The notes under the pieces are model-generated. The model had not been told where the DNA came from and ran no database searches. It saw nothing but the letters and a program-made list of their open reading frames with translations. The translations under genes and the position numbers were made by a program. Shown here piece after piece: positions 18,499-29,152 of a stretch of DNA of 64,000 nt; the first letter of the stretch is position 1, and each line of letters starts with the position of its first letter. This stretch comes from a virus. Taxonomy: Duplodnaviria > Caudoviricetes. The stretch is taken from IMG/VR virus record IMGVR_UViG_3300025280_000031, positions 2,003 through 66,002 of that record. One strand, 5' to 3'.

Positions 18499-19332
18499 TC
18501 ACTTTTTTTGTCGTTGAATTTCTGATGAATAAGCGACCGTGTAAACATAATCCTGTTCGTATTCTGTTGCATATATTCCATAACCAGTTGGAATTTCATT
18601 TCCAATTTGCTTTCGAATATTTTTCAAAATTTCACCATCAGTTTCTAACTTTTTCTTATTGATAGCATAATAATAGCGCATTTCTCCAACATTGTCAAGT
18701 AAATAAAATAATTTATTTTCATTATTCTCCGAATCATAAAAGCCAATTGTTGAGATTCTACGCCCCTTCCGTGGTTCAGAGAAATTATTATTGACTGAGT
18801 CAATGTGGTTATATACGTTAACCATATGAAATGATGATACAATCATTTCGTTTAAACGCTCATAATATCCAATAACTGGAACATTGCCTATATGCTTTTC
18901 AACTTGTGAGTTGTCGATAAGATATATTCTTTTAAATACGCCAGATCTAGCATATTCTTGCAAGATATTAAATGTTGTCCACTCTTGTCTAATTTTTATT
19001 ATATCGATAACTTCTGTTTCAGGTCTGATGTATAAAATATTTACATCGCAGTTTTTGAGATATTCAAGAACTCTCAAGGAAGCGCCAGATATATTTCCAG
19101 AGCCACCAACAACAAAAAGCACTTCACCTTCTACATCTTTAAAGAATTTGCTCATGTCCGGACATCGTTCTTCATATCTTTCTGGTCCATCTTGCCATGG
19201 CATTGTGTAATTGCCATCTTGTCTGAGACCCTCTAAACCATGATCAACTTTGTAAATTTTATATTGTTTATACTTTGAAAACTCGTCAGCAATATTGCAG
19301 CCGGCTTGCCCTAATCCAATAATAGTCTCCAT
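18499..19332 (-). CDS. tubulin/FtsZ-family GTPase (PhuZ/TubZ-like, divergent)
   Basis: IIGLGQAGCNIAD (T1 loop), VVGGSGNISGAS (degenerate T4 signature), LIDN, LNE. Confidence 0.75.
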   Translation of the reverse strand: METIIGLGQAGCNIADEFSKYKQYKIYKVDHGLEGLRQDGNYTMPWQDGPERYEERCPDMSKFFKDVEGEVLFVVGGSGNISGASLRVLEYLKNCDVNILYIRPETEVIDIIKIRQEWTTFNILQEYARSGVFKRIYLIDNSQVEKHIGNVPVIGYYERLNEMIVSSFHMVNVYNHIDSVNNNFSEPRKGRRISTIGFYDSENNENKLFYLLDNVGEMRYYYAINKKKLETDGEILKNIRKQIGNEIPTGYGIYATEYEQDYVYTVAYSSEIQRQKK

Positions 19333-20531
19333 TATGTTGTAAGCTCCCTAATATTTCCAAAATCTTTACCAGCTTTAACACTGGTTCGAAAAATGCCAAA
19401 CCTTGTATTCGAAAATTCATCTATAACATCTTTCATGAGATCTTTGTCATCTGCATGCAAATCAATAATTATACTGTCATGTACACAAAAGGCAATATTA
19501 GATTTCTTGCTCTCTAGTATATCATATATTTTAATCATTTTTTGCAAAATAAGATCAGCACACGTACTTTGAATAATATAATTCAATGCGTGATGCTTGT
19601 CTGCCGGTATTTCTCTGCCGAAACAAGTTTTTACAGTTTCGCCGTCCCAATATTCATTTAGTACTTTATCTTTGTCAAACACTTTTCTTAAAACTTCTTC
19701 ATTTGGATGTTTTTTCGAATTGTAAAGCCATGCAAAAATAGAATTTTTAACTTCTTGTCTCGATGAAATCTTATTTTCAGATAAATGCTTTCTGTTCCAT
19801 TCGTGAATGTCTATCGTTGGTTGATTTTTATCTGATAAGGCTAACAGTGTTCTTAACTCTGCACCGTTGTAATCTAATTCAACAAATAAATCATTATTTG
19901 GCTTAAGGATAGAGCGATATTTCTTTGGAAAGGTAAGAATTGGAAAGCTATATCTTTTTGTTGTTAACCTTCCTGTTTTGGTGCCAAAAATATCATATTT
20001 TATATATGGTGAAATATCATTAATTTTTTTTCTCCATTGTCTTGCTTTGTGCTCAGCAAGAAATGGCTTAAACTTGTCAACGTCAATATTAAGTTTTTGC
20101 TGGCTTATATCTTCAATTACTTTTGTTAGTGAGGTTAGAAATCTCATATTTTTAGGCGGCAAAAAATTTTCAAAAACGTGTTTTGTGATTCGGTTTTTGA
20201 TCTCGCAGTATTCTAATAAAAACTTTTCTGGAATTAAATCATAGAAGCAATTGTCGTCCAGAGAAACCTTTGCCAAGTGAATTGACCTCATGAAGGCTTT
20301 TAATTTATTATTGATTTTATTCCAGTCATCTTTTATATTTGAGGGACAAACACTGTCAAGAGATTTGCCACCACATTGCAGATAGCCGTATCTAAATTCT
20401 CTGTCCCGGAGAGAAGAAGAATAACTCCATGTTTCACTAATTCCCTCAGGAAGTTCATCGCTAAAGTGAAGATTTCCGTCATAATATACTCCTATACACT
20501 TTTGTTTATTATCCAATGTCTGAAATAACAT
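19332..20531 (-). CDS. minimal family A DNA polymerase (polymerase domain only)
   Basis: TKTGRL, motif A LDYNGAELR, motif B RQEVKNSIFAWLY, NYIIQSTCAD, motif C VHDS. Confidence 0.85.
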   Translation of the reverse strand: MLFQTLDNKQKCIGVYYDGNLHFSDELPEGISETWSYSSSLRDREFRYGYLQCGGKSLDSVCPSNIKDDWNKINNKLKAFMRSIHLAKVSLDDNCFYDLIPEKFLLEYCEIKNRITKHVFENFLPPKNMRFLTSLTKVIEDISQQKLNIDVDKFKPFLAEHKARQWRKKINDISPYIKYDIFGTKTGRLTTKRYSFPILTFPKKYRSILKPNNDLFVELDYNGAELRTLLALSDKNQPTIDIHEWNRKHLSENKISSRQEVKNSIFAWLYNSKKHPNEEVLRKVFDKDKVLNEYWDGETVKTCFGREIPADKHHALNYIIQSTCADLILQKMIKIYDILESKKSNIAFCVHDSIIIDLHADDKDLMKDVIDEFSNTRFGIFRTSVKAGKDFGNIRELTT

Positions 20532-20540
20532 TAATTGGCC

Positions 20541-22001
20541 TTAATAATTACCGCCGTTGGATCCAGCTGAAGCAGGCGATGGCGCCAGTTGCCCCTCTGA
20601 TATTGAAAATTTTGTTACTACTCCTTTCACTTTCGTAAATCCTTTCATCTCCATATTAATATACTCTACTGTGTGTCCGTTGTCAAGATCTTTTTTATCA
20701 AAATATATAAAAATTCTACTTGCATTCCTCATTATTTGATCAAGCCTTGGTTCTGAAATTTTTATTCCTTCCTCTTTTGCTTTCATAGAAATATACATTT
20801 TTAAAAGTTTTTGTGATGACCATTTAGATAATTCTTCTTCTGTAATCATTTTTCTTTCTATAATTGTCCTAGAAAGTGTTGCGTACCCTGAAGTCGGTCT
20901 CCCCGCCTTAATCCAAATTTGATTCGCGCAACTTTCTTGTTTTTCAACTATAATTTTTGGAAACGAAGAAACGTATTCATTGTAAAATTCAAACAAAAAC
21001 ATTGCTATTGAATAAACATCGTGTCGATATGCCCTAGTATAATACGTATCAAATAAATTTGCAACTGAATTTGGCTGCAAATATTTTTCTATTTTTTCTC
21101 CTTTCAACTCATATTGTAATTCTATAAGGCCGGTGGCCGATGTTGCTTCCGTAATTTCCCTGCACTTTTCTCTAATCTTTTTCTCTTCTTCGGGAATATC
21201 ATATGGAGGCAGATCAGATTCCCTGTCACCCCTAATCCAATACCTCTGCATTTGAGGAGAAGAAATATTAGCGACCAACCTCCATGGAGCGTTCTTATCT
21301 ACATAAAAGCCGTATTGTTTTACAATGGCATGATAAAAATCGAAATTGAGATCATCAATGTACTCCCCTTTTTTATTATCATCGTCATGATCATCAAAAG
21401 AGATCTCCAACATAAGTCCGCTAATTAAAGGTGAGCAATATTGCGATTTTACAAAACCGGATGGTGTTATCGGGACTCTTGAACCCGATATCTTAAAAAA
21501 CTCAAAAAAGAATTTGACGAAATCATCAAAATTTTTAACTTGTGCATCTCTAAATGTAGAACGCAAGTAATCTTTCATAAAAACATCAAAATATCTTTTA
21601 ATGTGTTCCTCAAACAAAGGTAGAGCATGTACAAGGCCTTTCTTCACAGTAAAATCTCTTATTACACTATGTTTACTTATGGTCGGGCCACCAAATCTCC
21701 CCGTGTATGTTAAAATATTATCAATTCTTCTTTTCAAATCAGTGAACGCGTCAGCGACAAAGTCAAGAACATAAATTCCATCATCTGTTAGCATTTTTAA
21801 CTTATCTTGCGATGCAAAAACATCGTCGCCAATAAAAACAGCATTGTTTCGTTGATCAACTCTACCATAAAAATTCTTTTCATACCACAGATCTATTGGT
21901 TCAGGATCGCGAAAGGTATCAAAATTATCTACACCAATAATTGATCCATCAAATTGATGATAATCTTGTCTGTCTTCAAACATGTCTATTGTAGATGCCA
22001 T
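20541..22001 (-). CDS. hypothetical protein, probably tail/baseplate-associated
   Basis: 486-aa ORF at the end of the tail operon. Confidence 0.6.
   Translation of the reverse strand: MASTIDMFEDRQDYHQFDGSIIGVDNFDTFRDPEPIDLWYEKNFYGRVDQRNNAVFIGDDVFASQDKLKMLTDDGIYVLDFVADAFTDLKRRIDNILTYTGRFGGPTISKHSVIRDFTVKKGLVHALPLFEEHIKRYFDVFMKDYLRSTFRDAQVKNFDDFVKFFFEFFKISGSRVPITPSGFVKSQYCSPLISGLMLEISFDDHDDDNKKGEYIDDLNFDFYHAIVKQYGFYVDKNAPWRLVANISSPQMQRYWIRGDRESDLPPYDIPEEEKKIREKCREITEATSATGLIELQYELKGEKIEKYLQPNSVANLFDTYYTRAYRHDVYSIAMFLFEFYNEYVSSFPKIIVEKQESCANQIWIKAGRPTSGYATLSRTIIERKMITEEELSKWSSQKLLKMYISMKAKEEGIKISEPRLDQIMRNASRIFIYFDKKDLDNGHTVEYINMEMKGFTKVKGVVTKFSISEGQLAPSPASAGSNGGNY
20658..20686 (-). promoter_or_regulatory. 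intragenic sigma70-type promoter TTGACA-17-TATATT for the Pol A-tubulin unit
   Basis: about 130 nt upstream of the Pol A start, at the structural/replication boundary. Confidence 0.6.
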
Positions 22002-25000
22002 TAATTGGTCTCTCCTGCCGGTTTCGCCTCTTCGAAAACTCCTTGAGGCAGTGGAGTTTGAGGAGGCGGCGCGGCGTGTTTAAGGATGGTGCTCTTCTTT
22101 AATTTAGCGATAGTGGCCTTTCTTGAGGACCTATCGCTACTGGTGGGACTATTAGAATCAGGAGGAACTGTTCCTATTTGTTCCCATAATAATGGATTAA
22201 GGCCTTTGATGTCGGTGCCTCCCGAGTAGTTGGAAGGGGCGCCCCAACCCTTTGGCTCCCCAAAATCAACGAATCCTCGGATGGGTACAGCTGCTTCATT
22301 TGGTGTTGGTCTTGTCATGGTCCCGCCAAAATCTGTCCAAAGTGCTTGAACTTTTGTTTGCCAATCTAATCTTCCGCTTCCAGGAAGGAGAACAACAGTG
22401 TTGGAAGCCTTTGTCATCAAAAAATATCCACCCAGCCCCAAAGCTCTAGAGTGTGAACCCTCTTGAGCAGGATCTTGAAACCAAGCAATAGGAAATCTGA
22501 TATGAATATGTCTTCCTGGCCTGAACAGTGTATTACCATAAACCGTAAAATCACAGTTATAGGGTTCGCTCCAGTGAACATTTTTTTGTAGATATCCAGC
22601 ATCATGAGCTTTTGCTTCTAGCCAAAAAGGTTGATCAGTTTTTGTAAACGATATCTGCTGCAGTGGAGAATTGTATTGGCCTGGAACCAAATGATACAAT
22701 CCATATTTATTATCTTGCTCTTTGTCATTAGATTTTAAATAGCCGGGTTTATTTGATACGTCGAACATGTATAAAATTCTCTCATCTCGTACTATTGATT
22801 CTACAGTAGTCTCATTACTGACAGTTGTAAATCTTTTGGGGCGGCCATTGGCGAGGGCGTTCTCGTTTCGAACGAGATAATATGAGTCATCATTATTTAC
22901 ATCTTCCACGAGTTTTTTTTGTTGAATGCTATATTTTGAATTAAAGTCAACTCTTGGAACATCCAGATAATCAACACCGGGAATCATTGTTATGACAGGA
23001 TCTCCAGGAAGTTTTGCTCTGTTTGTCAGAGATGCCTTAACCAAGTAAGCAAAGCTGTCACTTAAAAAAGTTTTAAAATAATACACATCTTTGAATACGG
23101 AAGTGACAAATTTAAACCAAAACTCTTGCCAAAGTTTTAATGAAATAGGAACCTTTGCAATATTGATAAGTTTGTGATGACCAGTTTGGTGGTCTATATA
23201 TTCTATATTCCCCAAAATTACTTTTAATAAACCCTCATTCCCCGCACTCCAAAAATCGACGTCTAAGTTTTTTTTCCCTGCATTAACTTTGATAACGTCT
23301 AAGACAACATCCAACAGGTCTCCGTAATAAAACCAATATACAAAATGTTTGTTTTCGGCGGTCCCTTTATCTCCGCCCATGCGATTTTGAATAAATTTGC
23401 CATATGCAACGGCATCTAAATTAGTCTGGTTAAGATAGGCCGCATAATGAATTTGTTCATTTTGAAGCGCTTCGAGTTGTTCTTTCAGCGCTTTAGGGTC
23501 CGGAGATGGTAAGCCTTTGCCAAAAAATGATTTTTTAAGCGCAGACATGGAGGACATATAGCCATTCGAGAACCTTTGATAATCTTTCATCTGTTTTCTT
23601 AATACAGCTTTTTCGAACGGATCTTTAGTCTTTTTAATAGCAGCACGGAGTTTTTTTGGATCTATGCTGCTGTTTTTAATAAAGTCTTCTCTATTGTTAG
23701 AGTAATTTTCAAACTCCTTCGAATCAACTTTTAAATTATAAATCTTTCCATGATCGTTCAATTTGCATATAATTCTTTTATAAATATCTAATTTACTAAC
23801 TGGAGATAACAGCATTTTATCTTCAAAGTTGCCCCTTTCTGAAGTTGCTTTTAGGTAATCTGCAACGATGTCGAAGGGGTTATGGTGCCTGCCCGGAGCC
23901 TCCGTGTACCGGTACCATGCGAAACCATGCTGCTCTTCCGGGGTGGAAAGAGTCTCGGCCATCATGACCGCGGCGGTGGCGCCGATCCGTTGATTTGGCG
24001 TTGCAGCGCCCTCCTTTGAGCGGCGCGACTCTTCGCGGAGCACAACACCAAGATCTAGATCTTCCACAATTTCGCGTTCTTCCGGGGTCATTCCCGGAAT
24101 CAGTTTTAACAGACCTCTAGCTTTTTGAGCTTTAGCTTCTAATCCTTTAAGTTTTTGTTCAAAATTTTCATTTTCCCTTACCAGAATATTAGCATCATCT
24201 GATATAAAAGCCTGCTCAATTGAGCCAACAAATTGTATATCCATTTCAAATCCAAAATCAGAAGATGAAAAAATAGGCAGAAATGTATGTTTTACAAGTG
24301 TCAAATATAATATGACTTTATTACTCGTTATAGCATCTTTAAAATTTTTGGCAGCTGAAATCGCGCCTTCTCCAGATAGCCCTTGTTCTATAAAAGCATC
24401 CAAAAGTCTTTGCTCGGACGGAGGAGCGTACCCCACTTCAATTTTTATTCTATAGTCTTTTTGGTGGTAATCCCGATGTGCGGTACTGCCCCTTGCTAAT
24501 TCATCTTGAGATCTGAATTTGGATGCACCATCTTCAGCTCGCGCCCCTCTTCTGTAAATAAGATTGTAAAAGCCATACTTTTCTTTTTTGCTGTTATCAT
24601 ATTCATGAAATAGTGCTCCTGGAGATTCAAAATAAAGTTTTAGTTTGCAATTGATCCAATAGTCTATATCTCCCGGATGAGAACCTAAATAATCCCATGA
24701 AAAAGATCGAAAACCAACACGCAAACCTTTGCGATCTCTTGTTATATCATCAAATGGTAAACCGGATGGATCTTTGGCGTTATTAAAAGGAAGAAGAAGC
24801 TCTTTATAGCTGTCTTTGCTCATGCCCTCGACCAAATAAAGTTTTAAATATGGCTGTAAGTCTCCTAATATAGAACGAGGAACGTTTTCTATTAAGGATT
24901 GACCTTTGTCTGCTTTTGTTATTTCATTTAAAAAAAGAGATGAATCCCAGCGAGGATCCATCATGATAAAATTTTTAAAACTTTGCCTCAAAGGAAACCC

Positions 25001-25132
25001 TTTCATCTTGTCGAACTCTGATAAGAAATCGACCAAAAACGTTTGTTCCGCATACGGAGGCAACCTATGTTTATTTTCGGAATCGAATCCAGTAACTTTC
25101 GCTAATAATTCGCTAGTTTCGTCGGTGGTCAT
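22001..25132 (-). CDS. large putative baseplate hub/tail protein
   Basis: position after the LysM-like wedge gene; C-terminal GNTLFRPG...LGLGGYF resembles hub (gp27/late control D-like) ends. Confidence 0.55.
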   Translation of the reverse strand: MTTDETSELLAKVTGFDSENKHRLPPYAEQTFLVDFLSEFDKMKGFPLRQSFKNFIMMDPRWDSSLFLNEITKADKGQSLIENVPRSILGDLQPYLKLYLVEGMSKDSYKELLLPFNNAKDPSGLPFDDITRDRKGLRVGFRSFSWDYLGSHPGDIDYWINCKLKLYFESPGALFHEYDNSKKEKYGFYNLIYRRGARAEDGASKFRSQDELARGSTAHRDYHQKDYRIKIEVGYAPPSEQRLLDAFIEQGLSGEGAISAAKNFKDAITSNKVILYLTLVKHTFLPIFSSSDFGFEMDIQFVGSIEQAFISDDANILVRENENFEQKLKGLEAKAQKARGLLKLIPGMTPEEREIVEDLDLGVVLREESRRSKEGAATPNQRIGATAAVMMAETLSTPEEQHGFAWYRYTEAPGRHHNPFDIVADYLKATSERGNFEDKMLLSPVSKLDIYKRIICKLNDHGKIYNLKVDSKEFENYSNNREDFIKNSSIDPKKLRAAIKKTKDPFEKAVLRKQMKDYQRFSNGYMSSMSALKKSFFGKGLPSPDPKALKEQLEALQNEQIHYAAYLNQTNLDAVAYGKFIQNRMGGDKGTAENKHFVYWFYYGDLLDVVLDVIKVNAGKKNLDVDFWSAGNEGLLKVILGNIEYIDHQTGHHKLINIAKVPISLKLWQEFWFKFVTSVFKDVYYFKTFLSDSFAYLVKASLTNRAKLPGDPVITMIPGVDYLDVPRVDFNSKYSIQQKKLVEDVNNDDSYYLVRNENALANGRPKRFTTVSNETTVESIVRDERILYMFDVSNKPGYLKSNDKEQDNKYGLYHLVPGQYNSPLQQISFTKTDQPFWLEAKAHDAGYLQKNVHWSEPYNCDFTVYGNTLFRPGRHIHIRFPIAWFQDPAQEGSHSRALGLGGYFLMTKASNTVVLLPGSGRLDWQTKVQALWTDFGGTMTRPTPNEAAVPIRGFVDFGEPKGWGAPSNYSGGTDIKGLNPLLWEQIGTVPPDSNSPTSSDRSSRKATIAKLKKSTILKHAAPPPQTPLPQGVFEEAKPAGETN

Positions 25133-25145
25133 AATAAATTTCCCA

Positions 25146-25481
25146 TCAATAAAAATGCCTCAATACATTCTCTAGAGGCAGAGGAATATAAATAACTCTG
25201 CCAATTGTAATGTCTGTTTCTAATGGCATTTGATTATACCAAGCGACGACCCACCAATAAGTTGGGTCATCGTAATGTTCAGCTGCCAATTTATAATATC
25301 TGTCCCCCAAAGACCAAACGTGAGGAATAGAATTGAGTTGAGCACGAATTGATGCGTCCAAAAAAGGAATCTTTGGGGTTTTATATTGGTTTATATAACT
25401 TACGCCTCTTTTTAAAAAGAACTCTCTATAAAGACCGCTTGCATTTATTTTGGTTTTTCTATTTTTATATCTGCTTGGCAT
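25146..25481 (-). CDS. baseplate wedge gp53/LysM-like protein
   Basis: GDRYYKLAAEHYDDPTYWWVVAWYN...IYIP. Confidence 0.8.
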   Translation of the reverse strand: MPSRYKNRKTKINASGLYREFFLKRGVSYINQYKTPKIPFLDASIRAQLNSIPHVWSLGDRYYKLAAEHYDDPTYWWVVAWYNQMPLETDITIGRVIYIPLPLENVLRHFY

Positions 25482-25487
25482 TATTTT

Positions 25488-26573
25488 TTAAAAAGTCTCC
25501 TCACTTCCTGCAGGCGCCTTTAGATCCGGATTCGCGAGGAGGGCCGCGGTGTCTTCAGGGTGGATACCAAAACCCAACGAGGTGAGTCCTCCGACGAGGG
25601 TGACGGTCGCCCCGGCGATTTCGGCCTCTGCAGCTTCTCCTCCCGCGGGGGGATCGCCAGCGGGTGCTGCAGACTGGCCATCGGCTGTTTGGTTTGCATC
25701 GATCTTTTGCGCGGCTATTTCTTCGGCCGAGTAGACTGCGCCAGGGAAGCCCGCGTCGAATTCCGCCAATCGAATAGCGTTAGCAAATTCTGCATTTGCA
25801 CCATGTACAGGCTTGCCTTTTGGTTGGACATCGGTTGCTTCACCTTCTTTTGTGTTTACTCCATATGGATAATCCGAAACATCATTTTTATTGACAGTAA
25901 ATACTGCAATATCACTATCCGTCCTCCAACCAGGACTTCTTTCATAAACTGGAAAGAATGTAAAACTTAAATTTATTGTTTGCGGATACACCAAATGGTC
26001 TTGACCGAGAGCGCGCTCGGAGGGTTTTATAGGTCTTTTTACTTCTTTTGCACCCGCCAACGATGAAGGGGCATGAAAAAGTATTCCACCTTCTGGATCA
26101 ATTCTATAGAGAAGATTTGAAATGTAACCTTGTAATCCGGTTTGCCATGCATCTCCCCATGGAATTCCTGGAGCACCAATTAAATTAAGAAATCTAACTT
26201 TAAATATTGGAGAACCTCCAAGTTTTGTTATCATTCCATCTCCATCGGCTTGTTGTTCTGGATAAAGCATATTTGTTAATAAAGATACTTTTGCCAAATT
26301 GTCTCTCGCCTCTGCTAAACCAGAAGCAACAGCAGCAAAAGCTATATCAATTTGTCTTACAGTGCTTTTCCACTTTTTAATTGGCTCTGTTTGCCCAATA
26401 AAGAATTGATCATCATACGACGTATTATACACATCATTAAAATCTTTCATAAATGCTTTAAATCTAACAGTTTTTCTACTGTTTATATGAAAGATCTCGA
26501 TATAAAAACCATATTTATTTGCCATGGAATTTGTAGGATCTACTTTTAATTCTGGTATTATTTTATATGGCAT
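25488..26573 (-). CDS. putative tail tube initiator/baseplate protein
   Basis: position between tape measure and LysM-like genes; P..I.LSFTF motif; Ala-rich C-terminus. Confidence 0.5.
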   Translation of the reverse strand: MPYKIIPELKVDPTNSMANKYGFYIEIFHINSRKTVRFKAFMKDFNDVYNTSYDDQFFIGQTEPIKKWKSTVRQIDIAFAAVASGLAEARDNLAKVSLLTNMLYPEQQADGDGMITKLGGSPIFKVRFLNLIGAPGIPWGDAWQTGLQGYISNLLYRIDPEGGILFHAPSSLAGAKEVKRPIKPSERALGQDHLVYPQTINLSFTFFPVYERSPGWRTDSDIAVFTVNKNDVSDYPYGVNTKEGEATDVQPKGKPVHGANAEFANAIRLAEFDAGFPGAVYSAEEIAAQKIDANQTADGQSAAPAGDPPAGGEAAEAEIAGATVTLVGGLTSLGFGIHPEDTAALLANPDLKAPAGSEETF

Positions 26574-26581
26574 TTACTTAA

Positions 26582-28906
26582 TCAAGGCCCCTTTCCTTGT
26601 GCTTTTGCGCCGACGCCTGTTGTGGTCAGATTAGGTTGAGCTTGTATAAGTCTGAGCAGGGCATCGCTAGCAGACGCGCTTGAATTTAGTCCCTCTTTTG
26701 CTTCCTGCAGGGCGCGAGTAGTGCGGGTCAAATCGTCTTGTAAACGTTTAAGGTCTGCGCGGGCATCTGCGAGGTCTTGCGGCGCTGCTTTGGGCCCCCA
26801 CCAGGTCTGCGCCTGCTGCATTCGCAGTTTTTGCCACTCAACCATCTTTTTCGCCTGCGGGACGGAGGTTGGTGTCCCTCCTAAGGGCGATGCTCCTTTC
26901 TTCTCTTTCAGCCTTTCTATTTTATCCTCATACATCTCCGTCAAGTTGAGCCAAGATTTAGCTTTGCCACCCAATGAACCAGCAATTTTACGTCGTAGTT
27001 TAGTTGCAGCGCCACCTATATCTATGTCACCAAAGGGGGTCTCAATTTTAACATCCTTAAGTAAACTAAGAAAATCCATAAGACCTCCTTTGAGTCCAAT
27101 GAGAAGCACGTTCCCCAGTGCTTTTGCAATGGGCGTTATAGTGTTTATCATATATTTTTTAAATTCTTTAATGCCAGCTGCAACTTCTGGATCGTTCACC
27201 ATTTCTTTATATATGGACCCCACTTTTAGTCCTACTCTTCTGATAAGAGCCGGCACTTCTCTAAGAAAATTTTTCAACTTTTCCTTATAGCCATTAAGAA
27301 TTTTTAGACCTCGAGGACCAAGAAAGTCTTCAACATTATGCCACTGATCGTAAAGAAGGAGCAAAGAACCCGCCAAGCCTAACGGTCCAAACCATTTTGT
27401 TAGCATTGCAACTCCGCCGGCGAGCAGACCAATTTTTCCAATTGCTTGTTTGCTTTCAAAATTCATGTCTGCTAATCTAAGGATAACGTTACTAATCATA
27501 GTCAATATAGGCCTAAAAGCTATTGCGAAACCCATTAATGCATTTTGAAAGTTCTCCCATATTTCTGTTGCCATTCTTGCAGCCTTTGTTAATATTGCCT
27601 GCTTCTTTGCAGCCTCTGAAGCCTTTTTTGCATGCATATCAAAAGCAACTAGCCCGCCTGCAAACAAATCATTAGCCTTGGACATGTCTCTAATGCCGGC
27701 TGCATGAGCATATGCCATCTTTGTAAATCTGCCCATCGATTTCCAAGACTGTCCAGAAGCTTCCATTTGAGCCAAAACTGTTCGAACTCTCTCATCCTCC
27801 TTCATATAAACCATCTCAATTGAATTAAGAAATGGTCCCCCCAACATAGCATTTAATCTACCAACTGACTGTGCGGATTTTTCAAAAGTATCAAATTGTC
27901 CAGCAACTGTTAATAAATCACTAATGCCCAAAGTAGTTGCGCTGGATTGGGTTAACAAACCTTTGAATACCTCTTCCATTCCCTCGCCATGAGCAGCAAT
28001 AACTACCGCAGCACTACCAAAATCTGATGCAGCGGTTCTTGCGCTAATTCCCGACGCCCTTGCAAATTGAATAATTCTTTCTGTTGCTGCTTTCGTCTCT
28101 CTGCCCGAGTCACCATAAGTTTTATTTAAAATTTGAATCATTCTAGCCGCTGAATCAGCAGTAATTCCAGCCTGATCGAGAACAGAAACAAATTTGACTA
28201 ACTCAATTCTTGTAGTTCTAGATGCTTCCCTAAATAATACTGTTTTATCATATAAAGACGCAGCAACTTTATTCACATTGCCAATCGCTAATCCTTGAGC
28301 CCTTAACGCATCGATACTCCCATCAATAACACTGGTATATTCACCTCCCGCTTGTGTTAATTTAAAGAATCCTGCTGCCTGTTGATCAAGAAATTTATTA
28401 AATTTAATATTGAAATCAACTATTTGTTCTCCCAATTTCTTAAATTGATTATAAAGATATTTAACAGCGTCGAGAGCTTTTCCAATAGCACCAACAAGAA
28501 CATCCATAATCATTGATGCTAATGATTCCACCACATTAATAATTGCTTTGAATGCCTTTTCAATTACTACCAAAACTGCAGTCCATGCAACAAGGGACAA
28601 TTTTATACTTTCAAATATCTTCCATGCATTCTTAAGTTCGGGTCCGAGATTAGCAAATACATTAACAAACTTACTGGCACGTCCCGTCATTTTGTTAAAA
28701 AGATCTGGCATTTTTGAGCCGGCCACGTTCATTTCCTTAAGATCTTTAGTTAATTTTTCAAACTTTGCAAGATCTTCTGGCTTCATGTCCTCCATGGCCT
28801 TATTCACGCTCATAAGCCTTTCTGCCAGTCTTATTGAGGCGGTATCAGATGCTTTCAATGCTTTCGCAAGTTCAGCAGCTTTTTCAGCTGGAGTTTTTTC
28901 TGGCAT
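26582..28906 (-). CDS. tape measure protein
   Basis: long helical Ala/Lys-rich ORF with hydrophobic segments, downstream of the tail chaperones. Confidence 0.75.
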   Translation of the reverse strand: MPEKTPAEKAAELAKALKASDTASIRLAERLMSVNKAMEDMKPEDLAKFEKLTKDLKEMNVAGSKMPDLFNKMTGRASKFVNVFANLGPELKNAWKIFESIKLSLVAWTAVLVVIEKAFKAIINVVESLASMIMDVLVGAIGKALDAVKYLYNQFKKLGEQIVDFNIKFNKFLDQQAAGFFKLTQAGGEYTSVIDGSIDALRAQGLAIGNVNKVAASLYDKTVLFREASRTTRIELVKFVSVLDQAGITADSAARMIQILNKTYGDSGRETKAATERIIQFARASGISARTAASDFGSAAVVIAAHGEGMEEVFKGLLTQSSATTLGISDLLTVAGQFDTFEKSAQSVGRLNAMLGGPFLNSIEMVYMKEDERVRTVLAQMEASGQSWKSMGRFTKMAYAHAAGIRDMSKANDLFAGGLVAFDMHAKKASEAAKKQAILTKAARMATEIWENFQNALMGFAIAFRPILTMISNVILRLADMNFESKQAIGKIGLLAGGVAMLTKWFGPLGLAGSLLLLYDQWHNVEDFLGPRGLKILNGYKEKLKNFLREVPALIRRVGLKVGSIYKEMVNDPEVAAGIKEFKKYMINTITPIAKALGNVLLIGLKGGLMDFLSLLKDVKIETPFGDIDIGGAATKLRRKIAGSLGGKAKSWLNLTEMYEDKIERLKEKKGASPLGGTPTSVPQAKKMVEWQKLRMQQAQTWWGPKAAPQDLADARADLKRLQDDLTRTTRALQEAKEGLNSSASASDALLRLIQAQPNLTTTGVGAKAQGKGP

Positions 28907-28947
28907 GATTTAAAGTCCTCAATAACAAATAACAAGCTATCCATGGA

Positions 28948-28955
28948 TAATTAGT
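28948..28955 (-). promoter_or_regulatory. putative late-promoter motif ACTAATTA
   Basis: upstream of tape measure. Confidence 0.5.
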
Positions 28956-28968
28956 TTTATTTTAAACT

Positions 28969-29152
28969 TTATTCATCTTTAGAATTTGATTTCTGCTCCA
29001 TTTCTTTTTGTTCAACTAACTTTTTAACAAACCAATTTCTTAACTTCACTGGCAAATTATACGCCTCAGTAAAGCTCCAGCCACCATAATATTTTAAAAA
29101 GAAGAATTGTTCATAAACATCTGCAATGTAATCTTCACTTAGGCCAAAAAAA
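28969..29152 (-). CDS. tail assembly chaperone C-terminal extension (T part), probably reached by frameshift
   Basis: FFGLSEDY...GWSFTEAYNLPVKLRNWF begins exactly at the T7 run that ends the upstream gene. Confidence 0.6.
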
